A program made the translations under genes and the position numbers. 64,000 bases of DNA from Candidatus Parcubacteria bacterium (GTDB lineage: Bacteria > Patescibacteriota > Minisyncoccia > Phycocordibacterales > PALSA-1337): assembly GCA_039799225.1 (NCBI GenBank), contig JBDLTF010000002.1:36552-100551 (forward strand), in the 5' to 3' direction. Each line of letters opens with the position of its first letter. Positions within the stretch are counted from its first letter, which is position 1. Positions 26,296-36,984 of the stretch are shown in pieces. A model generated the notes under the pieces. That model worked only from the letters and a program-made list of their open reading frames with translations. It ran no database searches and was not told the DNA's origin.

Positions 26296-28107
26296 TTATT
26301 CGCCAGCCCTCATCATCTTCACGAATACATCCTGAGGGATGTTCACCGTACCATGCTCCTTGAGGCGTTTACGGCCTTCCTTCTGCTTCTCGCGGAGCTT
26401 CATCTTGCGGGTAATGTCTCCTCCAGAAAGAGTTCCTGCGGCATCCTTTTTCTTACCTGAAATTGAACGTGACGAGATGATACGACCGAGCGCTTTGGAT
26501 TGGATCTTGTAGGTGAAGAGTTCACGGGGCATGATGCCATGGAGTTTCTCGACAGTCGCCTCAGCCTCTTGTTCTGCCCTACGACGAGACACAACGCGGG
26601 TAAAGGCAGGAACTGGTTCATCTGCCACAAGCACATCCATACGGACAACATCCGCGAGACGACTCTCGGTAATATCATACGAAATAGAACCATACCCAGA
26701 TGAGATGCTCTTGATCTCATCGAAGAAATTACGCATGAGCTCGCGAAGTGGCATCTGCATAGTCAGGAGTGTACGGTTGTCACCGAAATTCTCGGTACCG
26801 GTAAGCTCAGCTTCATGCTCATAGATAGACTTCATGATACCGCTCAAATATGCGGGCGGAGTGATGATCTTGAGTGTAACGATAGGCTCCTGAACCTCCT
26901 TGATATCCTGTTCATCAGGGAAAAGTGACGGTGAATAGACTGTGCTCTTCTTACCATTCTTGAGCTCGACGGTGTAGGTAATACTTGGCTGAGTAATAAC
27001 GAGCTCGAGATTAAATTCGCGGCGCAAACGCTCGGTCACGATCTCCATGTGGAGCATACCGAGGAAGCCACAGCGATATCCCTTACCAAGAGTTCCCGAT
27101 GCTTCCTCTTCATAGGTAAAAGATGAATCCGAGAGACGGAGACGACCGAGAGCTTGGCGAAGTAGAGCGAGATCATCCTGACTCTCTGGGTAGATTGAGG
27201 CCCAAACGACAGGACGAGGACTCTTGTATCCATCAAGTGGAGGAAGTGTATCCTTCAGTGAAGCGATAGTGTCTCCAACAGATGCGATTCCTGGCTCTTT
27301 TATTCCTGTCACAATATATCCGATCTCACCCGCTGAGAGAGACTCGCGAGGAGTGTTGTCTGGTGCAAAAATACCAATCTCGATAGGTTCGAACGTTTTA
27401 TCAGCGATCTTAAACTTGAGCTTCTCGTGACGATGAACTGCACCATTCATGACGCGTGTGTAGACGATAACTCCTGTGTGGTTTGAATATTGGAAATCGA
27501 AGATAAGCGAACGGAATTCATTCGTTGCATCAGGAGATGATGGCGCAGGTACGCGGCAGATGACCTCATTTAAGAGATGCTCAACGCCTTCACCTGTCTT
27601 GCCTGAAACTTTCAAGACATCTTCTGGTGAACATTCGAGGAGCTGACAGACTTCAGCGATGACTTCATCAGTACGTGCAAGCGGAGAATCAATCTTACTC
27701 ACAGTCGGAATAATCTTGAGTCCTGCTTCACGTGCCATGTTGAGGGTCGTCAGAGTCTGAGCCTGGACACCTTGAGTGGCGTCGACAAGGAGAATTGAAC
27801 CTTCAACTGCTTTGAGCGAGCGAGAAACCTCGTAGGAGAAATCGATATGACCTGGGGTGTCGATGAGGTTGAGGGCATATTCGACTTCATCACCGCCTGC
27901 TGCGGCGGTTCGCCATTTCATCCTCACTGGCTGCATCTTAATCGTAATTCCCCTCTCCCTCTCCAATTCCATAGAATCAAGAACCTGCTCCTGCATCTTC
28001 CTTTTCTCGATAGTTCCGGTTATCTCAAGCAAACGATCGGCAAGTGTGGACTTGCCGTGGTCGATGTGCGCGATGATGGAAAAATTGCGTATTTGAGCCG
28101 GATTCAT
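26296..28107 (-). CDS. lepA: translation elongation factor 4 (LepA)
   Basis: IRNFSIIAHIDHGKSTLADR, LIDTPGH, CGFLGMLH, GGDITRK.KL.EKQKEG. Confidence 0.97.
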   Translation of the reverse strand: MNPAQIRNFSIIAHIDHGKSTLADRLLEITGTIEKRKMQEQVLDSMELERERGITIKMQPVRMKWRTAAAGGDEVEYALNLIDTPGHIDFSYEVSRSLKAVEGSILLVDATQGVQAQTLTTLNMAREAGLKIIPTVSKIDSPLARTDEVIAEVCQLLECSPEDVLKVSGKTGEGVEHLLNEVICRVPAPSSPDATNEFRSLIFDFQYSNHTGVIVYTRVMNGAVHRHEKLKFKIADKTFEPIEIGIFAPDNTPRESLSAGEIGYIVTGIKEPGIASVGDTIASLKDTLPPLDGYKSPRPVVWASIYPESQDDLALLRQALGRLRLSDSSFTYEEEASGTLGKGYRCGFLGMLHMEIVTERLRREFNLELVITQPSITYTVELKNGKKSTVYSPSLFPDEQDIKEVQEPIVTLKIITPPAYLSGIMKSIYEHEAELTGTENFGDNRTLLTMQMPLRELMRNFFDEIKSISSGYGSISYDITESRLADVVRMDVLVADEPVPAFTRVVSRRRAEQEAEATVEKLHGIMPRELFTYKIQSKALGRIISSRSISGKKKDAAGTLSGGDITRKMKLREKQKEGRKRLKEHGTVNIPQDVFVKMMRAGE

Positions 28108-28160
28108 GGGTTTCTGCCTAGTAGAGCAAATATAGCAGAAATAAGGCGATTTACCAAAGA

Positions 28161-28188
28161 TTGACCCTTATTTTGGCCGTGTTATATT
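28161..28188 (+). promoter_or_regulatory. sigma70 promoter of ORFan 28216
   Basis: TTGACC-N16-TATATT with TG extension; AGGAG SD before the ATG. Confidence 0.6.
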
Positions 28189-28215
28189 GGGTTTAGAAAC
28201 AACCTAGGAGAACAT

Positions 28216-28446
28216 ATGAGTAAAACATCAGGAAGCCTGGTGAAAGCATACACGCAGGAACCTGCACCCAATATGCCCAAGTATGTCAAAATAAACGGGA
28301 GATGGAAGCTCTCCAACGATCATCTTGCCAAACATCCTCGTGCAAAACCGATTAGAAGAGAAATCGAAGAACTCAAAAAGCACAAGTGGGCGCAAACACG
28401 CAAAATCCGCCAAGGATTCAGATGTTTTGGACAACAAGGCCGCTAA
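28216..28446 (+). CDS. basic hypothetical protein (ORFan cassette)
   Basis: AGGAG SD, 76-aa K/R-rich ORF, terminator GCGCCGCCAA-ATTC-TTGGCGGCGC-TTTT. Confidence 0.6.
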   Translation: MSKTSGSLVKAYTQEPAPNMPKYVKINGRWKLSNDHLAKHPRAKPIRREIEELKKHKWAQTRKIRQGFRCFGQQGR

Positions 28447-28492
28447 AGACTAAATACCGCGCGCCGCCAAATTCTTGGCGGCGCTTTTACTT

Positions 28493-30172
28493 TTATATAT
28501 GTTCGACTTCAGCCGGAGGAACCTTGGCCTTCCAAATCTTGCGATGGAGGGTACGCCAGACTTCTGCGAGCTCATTATTCTTGAGAAGAAGTAGAACGAG
28601 GATACCCACACCGATACCCACGAGACCTGAGCAGAGACCTTGGAGGAAAACTCCCCACACCTTAGTGAGTGGAAACACTACTGCAAATGGACGTAGGCTC
28701 AAGAATGCTGCGTAACCCATGATGACCGATGCTGAGAATGAATGCAGGAGTGTCGACAAAACTGGCTTGGAGAAACCTTTGTATTTCTTCTCAAACATCC
28801 ACCAGTGAAGAATCGTGTTCAGTATGACGCCAATAGAATATGCGAGCGAGAGAACGATAGTACTTGTACCAACCTGACCACTTACCTTGAGAAGATCTTC
28901 GAGGAAGAAGCGGAACACTGGATATGCGAAGAAGAGCTTGGTGAAGACATATCCGAGAACGACTATGACTGTCGCTGATATGACATTGATGAGCAGGGGT
29001 CGCGTTGTCTTCCCTTCAGCGTAGAACGCGCGGATGAAGAGCACAATGAGACTCTGTCCGATCACCGATATCATGAAGATCGCGAGCGACGCAGCAGTGA
29101 GCCTCGTGTCTGCCCAGTCGAAGTTACCAGCACCCAACACCGTACGCACGATTTGTGCACGCAAGACGATGAAGAGCACCATGATTGGTGTTGACCAGAA
29201 GATGATATGACGTGCCGCAGCAATCATCTTCTCGAGGAATTCAGCATGATTACCTGACACATAGAGCCTCGAGAGATCTGGAAATACTGCCGATGAATAG
29301 CTCGCACCAATGATAGTGAGCGGCACTGACTGAAGATTGAATGAGAGACTGAAGACTGCAATCGATCCTTTGGTCATAAGTGACGCGAGCGCAGTCAGAA
29401 AGAATGTTGCAAGCTGGTTGGCGGACATCGTTATGGTACGTGGGAGAGATAAGAGGGCTGCCTTCTTGATACTTGCCCAATCAACCATTCGGGTGAAGCG
29501 TGGCAAGAGACCACTCTCGAGCATGAATGGTATTTGTATCGCCATATGGAAGAGCGCTCCGAGAGCCACACCGATCGCAAGACCTGCGATGCCGAACATT
29601 GGATACAGGACGACTACACCAACAATAATGCTCGCGTTGTAGAAGAGTGGACTAGCCGCATAGACGAGGAAGCGGCGGTGCATCTGGGTCAAGCTCGAAT
29701 ACAGGTTGGACAGACCAAGAAGGAACGGCGACAAGAGCATGATGCGTGACGAGAGGATGAGATCAGACAGTGATGGATCATCAGCAAATCCAGGTAGGAG
29801 GAGCGGTATGAGTTTGGGGACCAAGAAGTATGCGACTACACTCGAGATCACCATAGCTCCGAAGAATACAGTGAAGATCGAGTCGGAGAATTTCTTGCCC
29901 TCATCTGCACCCTTCTCGAATCTATCGACGAAGAATGGGAGCAATATAGATGCGGACACAAGTGAGCCTATCGAGACGAATATGAGATCAGGAATCCTGA
30001 ATGCCGCATAGTATACATCCAGTGCATGGTCAGCTCCGAAACTATATGCAAGAAGCTTGTCGCGTACGAGGCCAAGTATTTGGGACAAGAGTGCAAATCC
30101 AGCAAGAAGATACGCCGCCTCATGTAGGCCGCGTATTTCCCTTCCGATGGCTGAAAACCACTTTTTAACCAT
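28493..30172 (-). CDS. murJ: lipid II flippase MurJ
   Basis: SQILGLVRD, DVYYAAFRIPD, RAFYA; about 14 TM helices. Confidence 0.92.
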   Translation of the reverse strand: MVKKWFSAIGREIRGLHEAAYLLAGFALLSQILGLVRDKLLAYSFGADHALDVYYAAFRIPDLIFVSIGSLVSASILLPFFVDRFEKGADEGKKFSDSIFTVFFGAMVISSVVAYFLVPKLIPLLLPGFADDPSLSDLILSSRIMLLSPFLLGLSNLYSSLTQMHRRFLVYAASPLFYNASIIVGVVVLYPMFGIAGLAIGVALGALFHMAIQIPFMLESGLLPRFTRMVDWASIKKAALLSLPRTITMSANQLATFFLTALASLMTKGSIAVFSLSFNLQSVPLTIIGASYSSAVFPDLSRLYVSGNHAEFLEKMIAAARHIIFWSTPIMVLFIVLRAQIVRTVLGAGNFDWADTRLTAASLAIFMISVIGQSLIVLFIRAFYAEGKTTRPLLINVISATVIVVLGYVFTKLFFAYPVFRFFLEDLLKVSGQVGTSTIVLSLAYSIGVILNTILHWWMFEKKYKGFSKPVLSTLLHSFSASVIMGYAAFLSLRPFAVVFPLTKVWGVFLQGLCSGLVGIGVGILVLLLLKNNELAEVWRTLHRKIWKAKVPPAEVEHI

Positions 30173-30181
30173 GTCGAGCTA

Positions 30182-32608
30182 CTAGTTGTTGTTCTCCTTT
30201 ATTGGGAGAGCTGAACGCTTCTCTGGAGCAGGAGTTACCGGCGGCTTAGCATCCGCGAATGGAGACTTGCCCGCGAGCAAGTTGCCGAGAATAAGATTCA
30301 CTTCTTCATTCTCTGGGTTCGCCTTGGCGAGGCTCTCGAACTGAGCTATAGCATTCTCTGTGTCTCCAATGCGAGCATACGAGAGACCAAGGAAGTACTG
30401 AGCATTCGCATAATCAGCCTGGAGCTTGACCGCAGTCTCGAGCGACTTGGTCGCACCCTGATAATCCTTGTTCGTGTACTGCAAGAGACCAAGCTGGAAG
30501 AAGAGTACTGGGCTCTGGGGATTTATCTCTGTACCGACCTGTGCCGCGATGATAGCGTCCTTCAAATTTCCTTGTGCAGCGGTAATCTGTGAGAGAAGGA
30601 ATATAGCATCGAGATAGTTGTTCTTGACTTGAATAGAAGCACCGACACTCTTCAACGCATCATCAAGCTTATTCTCAGATGCTTGGAGTTGAGCGAGGTT
30701 GAGATAGAGGGTTGGGTTGAGTGGATTGAGCTTGATAGCCTCAACGTATGCCTTGACCGCATTGTCATATGCTCCGCTCATCTTGATGTTCGACGCGAGC
30801 TCGAAGACACGAGCTGACGATATGTGGTTGTAATAGTATGCCCCATCAGACGCAATCGCTTCCTGAGCAAATCCAGCGGATGCATTCACGACTGAGTTGA
30901 TCTCCTCGATGATTGCTTGCGTGGTAGTTCCTGTTGGCAAAGCATTGGCTTGTGAGATGAGCTGGTTGGATCGTGCGATTCCTGCTTCGACGCGTGCGCG
31001 CAAATAGCTATCCAGAGGATTGAGGCGCTGTGCCGTCCTGAATGCAGCATCAGCTGCGAGTGCATCACCGGTAGAATTCAATGCTTTGACTCCTGAACCG
31101 AAGTAAGCCAACGCGACTGCGTTCTTCACAGATACTGCTCCCCAGATAATCATGAGAGCAACTGCAGCGACGAGGGCTGTGCTGAACAACGGCCTCGAGC
31201 GAGTGCCTACGCGTGGCGAAACAGCATACACAGAAGCTATATTTGCATTGACGACTGACCCGACCGCAATTGCGGTGAGTACATAGGTGAAATACAGCAT
31301 AGCGTGTGAAGGAACCGACACGAATGAAACGATCCAAAGATATGTTGCACCGAATGTCGAAGAAACAACTGCGAAGCGAGCATACGGATCTGAAGGAAGT
31401 CTCATCAATGCGCGAACGAGAGCTATAGCGAGGAAGATGAGGAATGCAATCCACGCTATGACACCGACAACTCCCTGAGACACTACTGATGTTGCAACAA
31501 GGCTGAATGCATAATTGAACTCAGCGCTCCATGCCAACGTATTGTTGATATATGACGGCCTGTAGGCGATGTATGCCTTATTGAATTGATTTGGTCCGAT
31601 ACCGAGCAATGGGCGGTCCTTTATAGCTCCAGCTGCGACATCCAGACTGGTCTGCCATGGCAGTGTCAGTGATGTATATTCAATGCCCATACGATCAATT
31701 GTAGGACCGACGACGGTAGTTCCTTTCCAGAAGAAGAATCCTGAAACGACTGCCGCTATGAGTGGAAGCCATGCGAGACCCTTGAAGAAACTAATAAATC
31801 CGCTACCTGGGTAATTTCGCACAGTCATATAGAGCGTGGCGACAGTGAAAACGAGAGTCAAAGAAATCCAAACCATCGTGCTGTTCACGAAGATTGCGAC
31901 TACAAAAGCTGCTACTAGGAGTGCAGAGTAGACCATCTTCATGCGGCGTGAGAGCGGCAAAAGCATGAGTGCGGCAACAACGATAACTCCTATGACTCCT
32001 GCGTATGTAGCAAAATCAAACCATGTTCCAAGAATGGTACTGGTCGATGTAGAGAGTATACCGAGCTTCGCGAAGGTTGGGCCGAAGGCGAGGCGAAGTC
32101 CATGGAATACGGTCAATCCCAAGAATGCTGCAATCATCGCAACGTACAATGTAGTGACACGCTCTATCTTCTCGCGAATAGAAGCGAACACAACAAGAGC
32201 AGCAACGAACATAAGGATAGAGAAGCTTCCCGTAGCCAGCTCAAATCCTTGTCCGAAGAATGATTTTCCCGCATGTATACCCATGGCAGACGAAAGTACA
32301 ATCGAAACAATAACCGCTACACCTGACCAGAATACACCTCGTGGTGGAAGAGATATTCCTCGCTTCTGATATGCCATTACTCCATAGAGAATAGCGGAGA
32401 TGATGGTTCCCAGAGTGATGACTGCTGTCTTCACCGAATCGAGCGCTATATACGGAGTCGGCAAGAATGAGAGTGGTGCCAGAATAATAGTTGCGAGAAG
32501 TATATAGAAGGCCCATGACTCAAGCCCTCCTGATGATTTCGTAGTCTCAGTATAGTCATCCTGTGACTGAGGTGTTTGATCGATTATGTACTCTGTGGTG
32601 ATTGACAT
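30182..32608 (-). CDS. polytopic membrane protein (O-antigen ligase/Wzy_C-like) with C-terminal TPR repeats
   Basis: many TM helices, RPLLGIGPNQF motif, TPR repeats (AIKLNPLNP.LYLNLA, YANAQYFLGLSY). Confidence 0.8.
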   Translation of the reverse strand: MSITTEYIIDQTPQSQDDYTETTKSSGGLESWAFYILLATIILAPLSFLPTPYIALDSVKTAVITLGTIISAILYGVMAYQKRGISLPPRGVFWSGVAVIVSIVLSSAMGIHAGKSFFGQGFELATGSFSILMFVAALVVFASIREKIERVTTLYVAMIAAFLGLTVFHGLRLAFGPTFAKLGILSTSTSTILGTWFDFATYAGVIGVIVVAALMLLPLSRRMKMVYSALLVAAFVVAIFVNSTMVWISLTLVFTVATLYMTVRNYPGSGFISFFKGLAWLPLIAAVVSGFFFWKGTTVVGPTIDRMGIEYTSLTLPWQTSLDVAAGAIKDRPLLGIGPNQFNKAYIAYRPSYINNTLAWSAEFNYAFSLVATSVVSQGVVGVIAWIAFLIFLAIALVRALMRLPSDPYARFAVVSSTFGATYLWIVSFVSVPSHAMLYFTYVLTAIAVGSVVNANIASVYAVSPRVGTRSRPLFSTALVAAVALMIIWGAVSVKNAVALAYFGSGVKALNSTGDALAADAAFRTAQRLNPLDSYLRARVEAGIARSNQLISQANALPTGTTTQAIIEEINSVVNASAGFAQEAIASDGAYYYNHISSARVFELASNIKMSGAYDNAVKAYVEAIKLNPLNPTLYLNLAQLQASENKLDDALKSVGASIQVKNNYLDAIFLLSQITAAQGNLKDAIIAAQVGTEINPQSPVLFFQLGLLQYTNKDYQGATKSLETAVKLQADYANAQYFLGLSYARIGDTENAIAQFESLAKANPENEEVNLILGNLLAGKSPFADAKPPVTPAPEKRSALPIKENNN

Positions 32609-32720
32609 GGTAAACGGGATTTATAGTAATAACCACTATTGTAGCAATAGTATCCCGAATATCAAATGTGAATTTCTAATGCGAAAATGCCCCCGGTTTC
32701 CCGAGGGCATTTCCATTGTG

Positions 32721-33063
32721 GCCGTACCATAAGCCGAATTCTGTTTAAACAACCATTTATCTGGGATGTGCATCACTGCACACCTCGAGCGACTCTTCCG
32801 TCTTGCGACGGACACGGTCTTGCACTGACGTAAGGGTTTTGCCGTTGCACCCTCATGTTGCCATGAGATTCATCCTCTTGCGAGGAGCCTCTACCTTTCG
32901 GCTCGGGCGTCACTGTTCGCACCTCTGGGTATTACCCTGACAGGAATTACCTGCTACGCGCTGCATTATGAGAGCAATTGCTCATTCCCACAATGCCAGT
33001 GTTCGGACTTTCCTCTCCATAAAGCTCAATTAAGAGCCAAATAGAGCAGTTGTTTGGTACAGC
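32721..33063 (-). ncRNA. rnpB: RNase P RNA
   Basis: minus strand has GAGGAAAGTCC and ACAGAATTCGGCTTAT, P1 helix GCTGTACCA/TGGTACGGC, about 343 nt, promoter upstream and terminator near 32685-32713. Confidence 0.95.
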
Positions 33064-33071
33064 TAGATACT

Positions 33072-33122
33072 ATTATATCATAATAGACGGTATTTGACAA
33101 GTACCCTTCTGTGTCGTATGAT
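33072..33122. promoter_or_regulatory. back-to-back promoters sharing one -35 region (rnpB and ORFan 33164)
   Basis: minus: TTGTCA-N17-TATAAT; plus: TTGACA-N17-TATGAT; both use TTGACAA at 33094-33100. Confidence 0.65.
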
Positions 33123-33163
33123 GCCTTTCAGACAACTCGAAACCCTCGAAATTACACGTACTT

Positions 33164-33379
33164 ATGGAAGCTCTTTACCAGAAAACCTTCGTGGCTGGCC
33201 TATGTCTGCTCGGACTTGCTCTCCTATTCTTTGCAGCATATGTCATCTTCAGCTCAAAGATGTACAGCAACAAACGTCGCAAACATGCGTCGAAAATCTT
33301 GCTCATCCTTGCGGCGGCGTTCTGCCTCACCGGATGCGTCACTCTTATAACGTTCCTTATTTCGAAAATGTCCCTCTGA
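33164..33379 (+). CDS. small two-TM hypothetical protein (ORFan cassette)
   Basis: 71 aa, two TM helices around a basic loop; own promoter and terminator 33401-33430. Confidence 0.6.
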   Translation: MEALYQKTFVAGLCLLGLALLFFAAYVIFSSKMYSNKRRKHASKILLILAAAFCLTGCVTLITFLISKMSL

Positions 33380-33450
33380 ATCGGACATCTCTCACACAAA
33401 ACCGCTCCCCTTTCGGAGAGCGGTTTTTTTATTTTCTAGGAATATCTCAC

Positions 33451-35775
33451 CTAAACAATCTCACAAACTCCTGAGACACAAGCGAGCTCCTTTTTGAGGT
33501 CGGTCTCATTCTGCTTCTCATACGTAGTGATCTTCGAATAGTCGACATGCTCAAGCTTCTTGGAGAGCTCCTTGTAAGTCTTCTCATCGATAGATTCATA
33601 CGGAGCGAGCTTGTAGACGGTATTCTCGCGTGGCAAGAATGAAAGACCTCCAACCATATCCCAATTGTTGTAGACCCAGTTTGCAACTGCGATCCACTCG
33701 TTGTCTCCGATAGAGATGGTCACTGATGGATTGTGCTCAGTGAAGTTCTCTTTGACCATCTTCCAATATTCGAGCTGTTCGATAGCGGAGAGATCATCGC
33801 GGAAGATAGAGCCTGATGGAGCTTTGACTGGGAATTCGAGAACGTAGGTAGTCGCATTCTCCTCAGTCTGACCAACTTCGGGGAAATATGGAACTCCCTG
33901 ATCCTTGAGCATCCTGAAGAGTGCATCGGTTGCAGCAATGCGGATGCGGCGGATGTAGAACTTGGAGTGACGTGGGTGCATACCAGATGAACAGTCGACA
34001 GTCTGAGAAAGAGTTCCTGACGGCTTCACACAAGTGATAGCGGTCGACTCACTGATACCAAATCTCTTGGCATATTCCTTGTTGACGCGGATAGCCTCGG
34101 CCTTGAGCTTCCTCATAACTTCTGGCTTGCGAACAGCTGGACTATCCCACTGACCAGTGATGGACACACCGAGCAAACGCTCACGATCACAGTGCTCTTT
34201 CCATTCCTTGGAAAGATACGGGAAGTTGGTAAGTGAAGACTGGTACGTTCCGAGAATGGTAGCGATGCGAATCTTCTTGAGGAGAGTCTTCTCAGTATCT
34301 TCAGCGCGAGCAACAATCTCAGAGAGGTTACAGAACTGTTTGGACTGGAGGATGATTTCGCCACATGGATTGGTTCCCATAGGACCGACGATGTGCTGTC
34401 CAGTAGCGTCGAAGTAGCCCTTATACTCCTTCAGGGCCTTGATACGGCGCTCAGGGAGGGTCTTAGCCAATGAACCACGGTTGAAGATACCACGCTCACC
34501 AGAACGGCTCTCTACGAGGGCCATCCACTCCTTGAGGAACTCCTCATTGGTCGGCTTGTTGATATAAACAGCGGAATTGTTAGCGAGCATACGGTGCGGA
34601 TGAGTCATGTAGAAGGCACCCTTCTTTGCATCGCGAATATGATCATCAGCAAGATCTGAAAGTGAAATCATAGCGCTTCTGCGGACACCACCAGCAACCA
34701 CACAGTCTCCGATCATACAGATAATATCGTGGAGATCGATCGGGCGGAGACGCTTGCCTTGGCGTGAGAGCATAATCTGGCGAGTGAACGTATGGAGTCT
34801 CTGGAGAGGAGCAGGACCTGATGCCTTACCTCCCATAACCTTGAGACGAGCTCCCTCGGGACGAACCTGGGAATAATCGAATTCAATATCCTTACCTGCT
34901 GCCCATGCCTTCATACCGACAGTGAGAGAATCTGACCATCCTTCCTTGTGGTCAGGAATGACGTGCGTCGGGAGCTTCTCACCAGACTGCATGATGATTT
35001 GTGGGAACTTCTCAACATTGGTCGGCTCGACTGCCCAACCTGCGCCGGTACCGCACATAGAGATGTACATGATTTCGGCGAGATCTTGGAATGATTCTGG
35101 AGCAATGAATGAACAGTTGTATGCACAGACATTGGTGACGCGAGCTGCCTTACCAGAGAATTGGAAGAGACGCATGGATGGCATAGCTTCCTGCTTGATG
35201 ATTGATTCACGAATTTCCTTGTACTCAGCATCCTTGAGCTTCGATCCGAGATTTTCTTTCATGAAATCCATGTAGCGACCGACTGTCTCAACATAAGTTT
35301 CGCGACGATTCTCAGCTTCGATCCAACGAGAGTAGGATCGATAGTAGACAAGCTCTCCGAGAGCAGTCCTGAATGACTTCTTGGACTCGGTAGCGAGCTT
35401 GCGGACATGCTCAGGCACCTCAAATCCGACCGCACGGAGCTTGGCACGCTCCTCGCGGTAGATAACATAGTGCTTCGCAGTCTTCACATAGTCTGAGCGC
35501 ATGAGCTCAGCCTCGACGATGTCTTGGACACCTTCGACAGTTGGAAGAAAATTAGCAAACTTCCTTTTTATGCGGATGAGTTCGGACAAAACTTGTTGTC
35601 CAACCATCTGCGCGTCTTCGAGAGTTCCCTCTTTGACGGTATTCATTCCTTTCCAGATTGCCGCAGCAATCTTTTCAAGATCGAACGGTACGATCCTTCC
35701 GTCTCGCTTTATAATCGTTGGGATAGAGACGGCCTTAGCCGACCCCTTTGACGCGGTTTTTTGTTTCTTGGGCAT
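33451..35775 (-). CDS. nrdJ: class II (adenosylcobalamin-dependent) ribonucleotide reductase with ATP cone
   Basis: IIKRDGRIVPFD ATP cone, MPSMR, GGVRRSA, GTNPCGEI, TCVKPSGT, C-terminal CVSGVC; no beta-subunit gene nearby. Confidence 0.9.
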   Translation of the reverse strand: MPKKQKTASKGSAKAVSIPTIIKRDGRIVPFDLEKIAAAIWKGMNTVKEGTLEDAQMVGQQVLSELIRIKRKFANFLPTVEGVQDIVEAELMRSDYVKTAKHYVIYREERAKLRAVGFEVPEHVRKLATESKKSFRTALGELVYYRSYSRWIEAENRRETYVETVGRYMDFMKENLGSKLKDAEYKEIRESIIKQEAMPSMRLFQFSGKAARVTNVCAYNCSFIAPESFQDLAEIMYISMCGTGAGWAVEPTNVEKFPQIIMQSGEKLPTHVIPDHKEGWSDSLTVGMKAWAAGKDIEFDYSQVRPEGARLKVMGGKASGPAPLQRLHTFTRQIMLSRQGKRLRPIDLHDIICMIGDCVVAGGVRRSAMISLSDLADDHIRDAKKGAFYMTHPHRMLANNSAVYINKPTNEEFLKEWMALVESRSGERGIFNRGSLAKTLPERRIKALKEYKGYFDATGQHIVGPMGTNPCGEIILQSKQFCNLSEIVARAEDTEKTLLKKIRIATILGTYQSSLTNFPYLSKEWKEHCDRERLLGVSITGQWDSPAVRKPEVMRKLKAEAIRVNKEYAKRFGISESTAITCVKPSGTLSQTVDCSSGMHPRHSKFYIRRIRIAATDALFRMLKDQGVPYFPEVGQTEENATTYVLEFPVKAPSGSIFRDDLSAIEQLEYWKMVKENFTEHNPSVTISIGDNEWIAVANWVYNNWDMVGGLSFLPRENTVYKLAPYESIDEKTYKELSKKLEHVDYSKITTYEKQNETDLKKELACVSGVCEIV

Positions 35776-35915
35776 ATTTTTAATGACAGCTCTCGCCTGT
35801 CACCACACTAATTAATAAACACTTCTTTAATGCCATTGTAACGCCGACTTGCATAGAAAAAAAGATGTGGATAGCGAGTTAGAGCACATAACTTTTTCTT
35901 ATTCAAACAGTGTTG

Positions 35916-36527
35916 TTAAAAGGAGACTGTACTGCCCGCTTTTAGGCCAAATTTTTCTGCAGATCCGGCAGGGACCTCAAGAACGAATTGCACTTCTGAG
36001 GTCGGTCCGAAGGTCTCGGGGTAGGTTTCTGGTGAAATATTCTCTGTAACACCGATGACTCGACGATTAGAAGATACCCAAACAATGTCGATCGCAAAAT
36101 TCATATCTTTCATCCAAAATGCATAGGCTCCCGGCTCTGGAAAGATAAATAACATGCCCTCATCGGTATCAAAAGATGGTGTACCACTCAATCCTCGTTC
36201 GCGTGTGCTTGGTGTTCGTGCAACATGCGAGTAGATAATTCCTTTTGGCGCGTTGAATTTCTTCAACGACTCTTTGTCTGTGCGAGAAATTGGTGTCGAA
36301 GTTGATTGATTGCCACCAAAAAACTGAGTAGCATCAGTTGGTGATGCAGAAAGATTGCTGACCGGTATAGTAGATGATGCAAATATCCCTTTATCGGCAA
36401 TATACTCTTCGAGTGGCAGTATATTCTTGGAAACAATCCCTTGCTGGGCAAGATACATAAGGACGAAACCGCTCGCAATGATGACGACTGTCCATGAAAT
36501 TACGGAAATTGTCCGAGGTGTAGCCAT
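35916..36527 (-). CDS. DUF192 domain protein with N-terminal TM anchor
   Basis: RERGLSG, EGMLFIF, FWMKDMNFAIDIVWV, VLEVPAG. Confidence 0.88.
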   Translation of the reverse strand: MATPRTISVISWTVVIIASGFVLMYLAQQGIVSKNILPLEEYIADKGIFASSTIPVSNLSASPTDATQFFGGNQSTSTPISRTDKESLKKFNAPKGIIYSHVARTPSTRERGLSGTPSFDTDEGMLFIFPEPGAYAFWMKDMNFAIDIVWVSSNRRVIGVTENISPETYPETFGPTSEVQFVLEVPAGSAEKFGLKAGSTVSF

Positions 36528-36567
36528 GTGATAGCATTCTAGCATACAAGCTTAACCATTTTTATTT

Positions 36568-36981
36568 ATGGAAACCGCATCAATCTGGCCCGTGATCGTC
36601 GCATCGATTGCCGCATTCGCGATCGGCGCAGTCTGGTACTCACCTCTCCTCTTCGGCAAAGAGTGGATGGCGCTCGTCGGTGCTACCGAGAAGGACGTAG
36701 CCGAGGCTAAAGCAAAAGGTATGACCAAGTCATACATCGCTCAGCTCGTCATAACCTTTATCACCTTCATCGTGATGCACTTCGCGATCTCAGCTATCGG
36801 CGCACGCACTACTCTCGATGGTGCATTCATCGCACTCGTCGCATGGGTCGGCTTCGCTGTTCCGAATGCTGTAGGAGGAATGCTCTGGGAGAAGAAATCT
36901 TTCAAGTATGCACTCATCACTTCTATCTCAGTACTTCTCTGCTGGGTTGTCGGCGGAGCCATCATCGCTGGGTGGAACTAA
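36568..36981 (+). CDS. DUF1761 family membrane protein
   Basis: AFAIGAVWYSPLLFGKEWM motif, four TM helices. Confidence 0.85.
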   Translation: METASIWPVIVASIAAFAIGAVWYSPLLFGKEWMALVGATEKDVAEAKAKGMTKSYIAQLVITFITFIVMHFAISAIGARTTLDGAFIALVAWVGFAVPNAVGGMLWEKKSFKYALITSISVLLCWVVGGAIIAGWN

Positions 36982-36984
36982 GTA

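Noticed and set aside
1898-35775. Inteins or introns in gyrA, dnaE or nrdJ
   Set aside because: Lengths are ordinary and motifs are contiguous; no C...HN splice junctions or homing endonuclease inserts seen.
35776-35915. Cobalamin riboswitch or tandem NrdR boxes upstream of nrdJ
   Set aside because: The gap is only 140 bp and I cannot find a B12 box or convincing NrdR palindromes.
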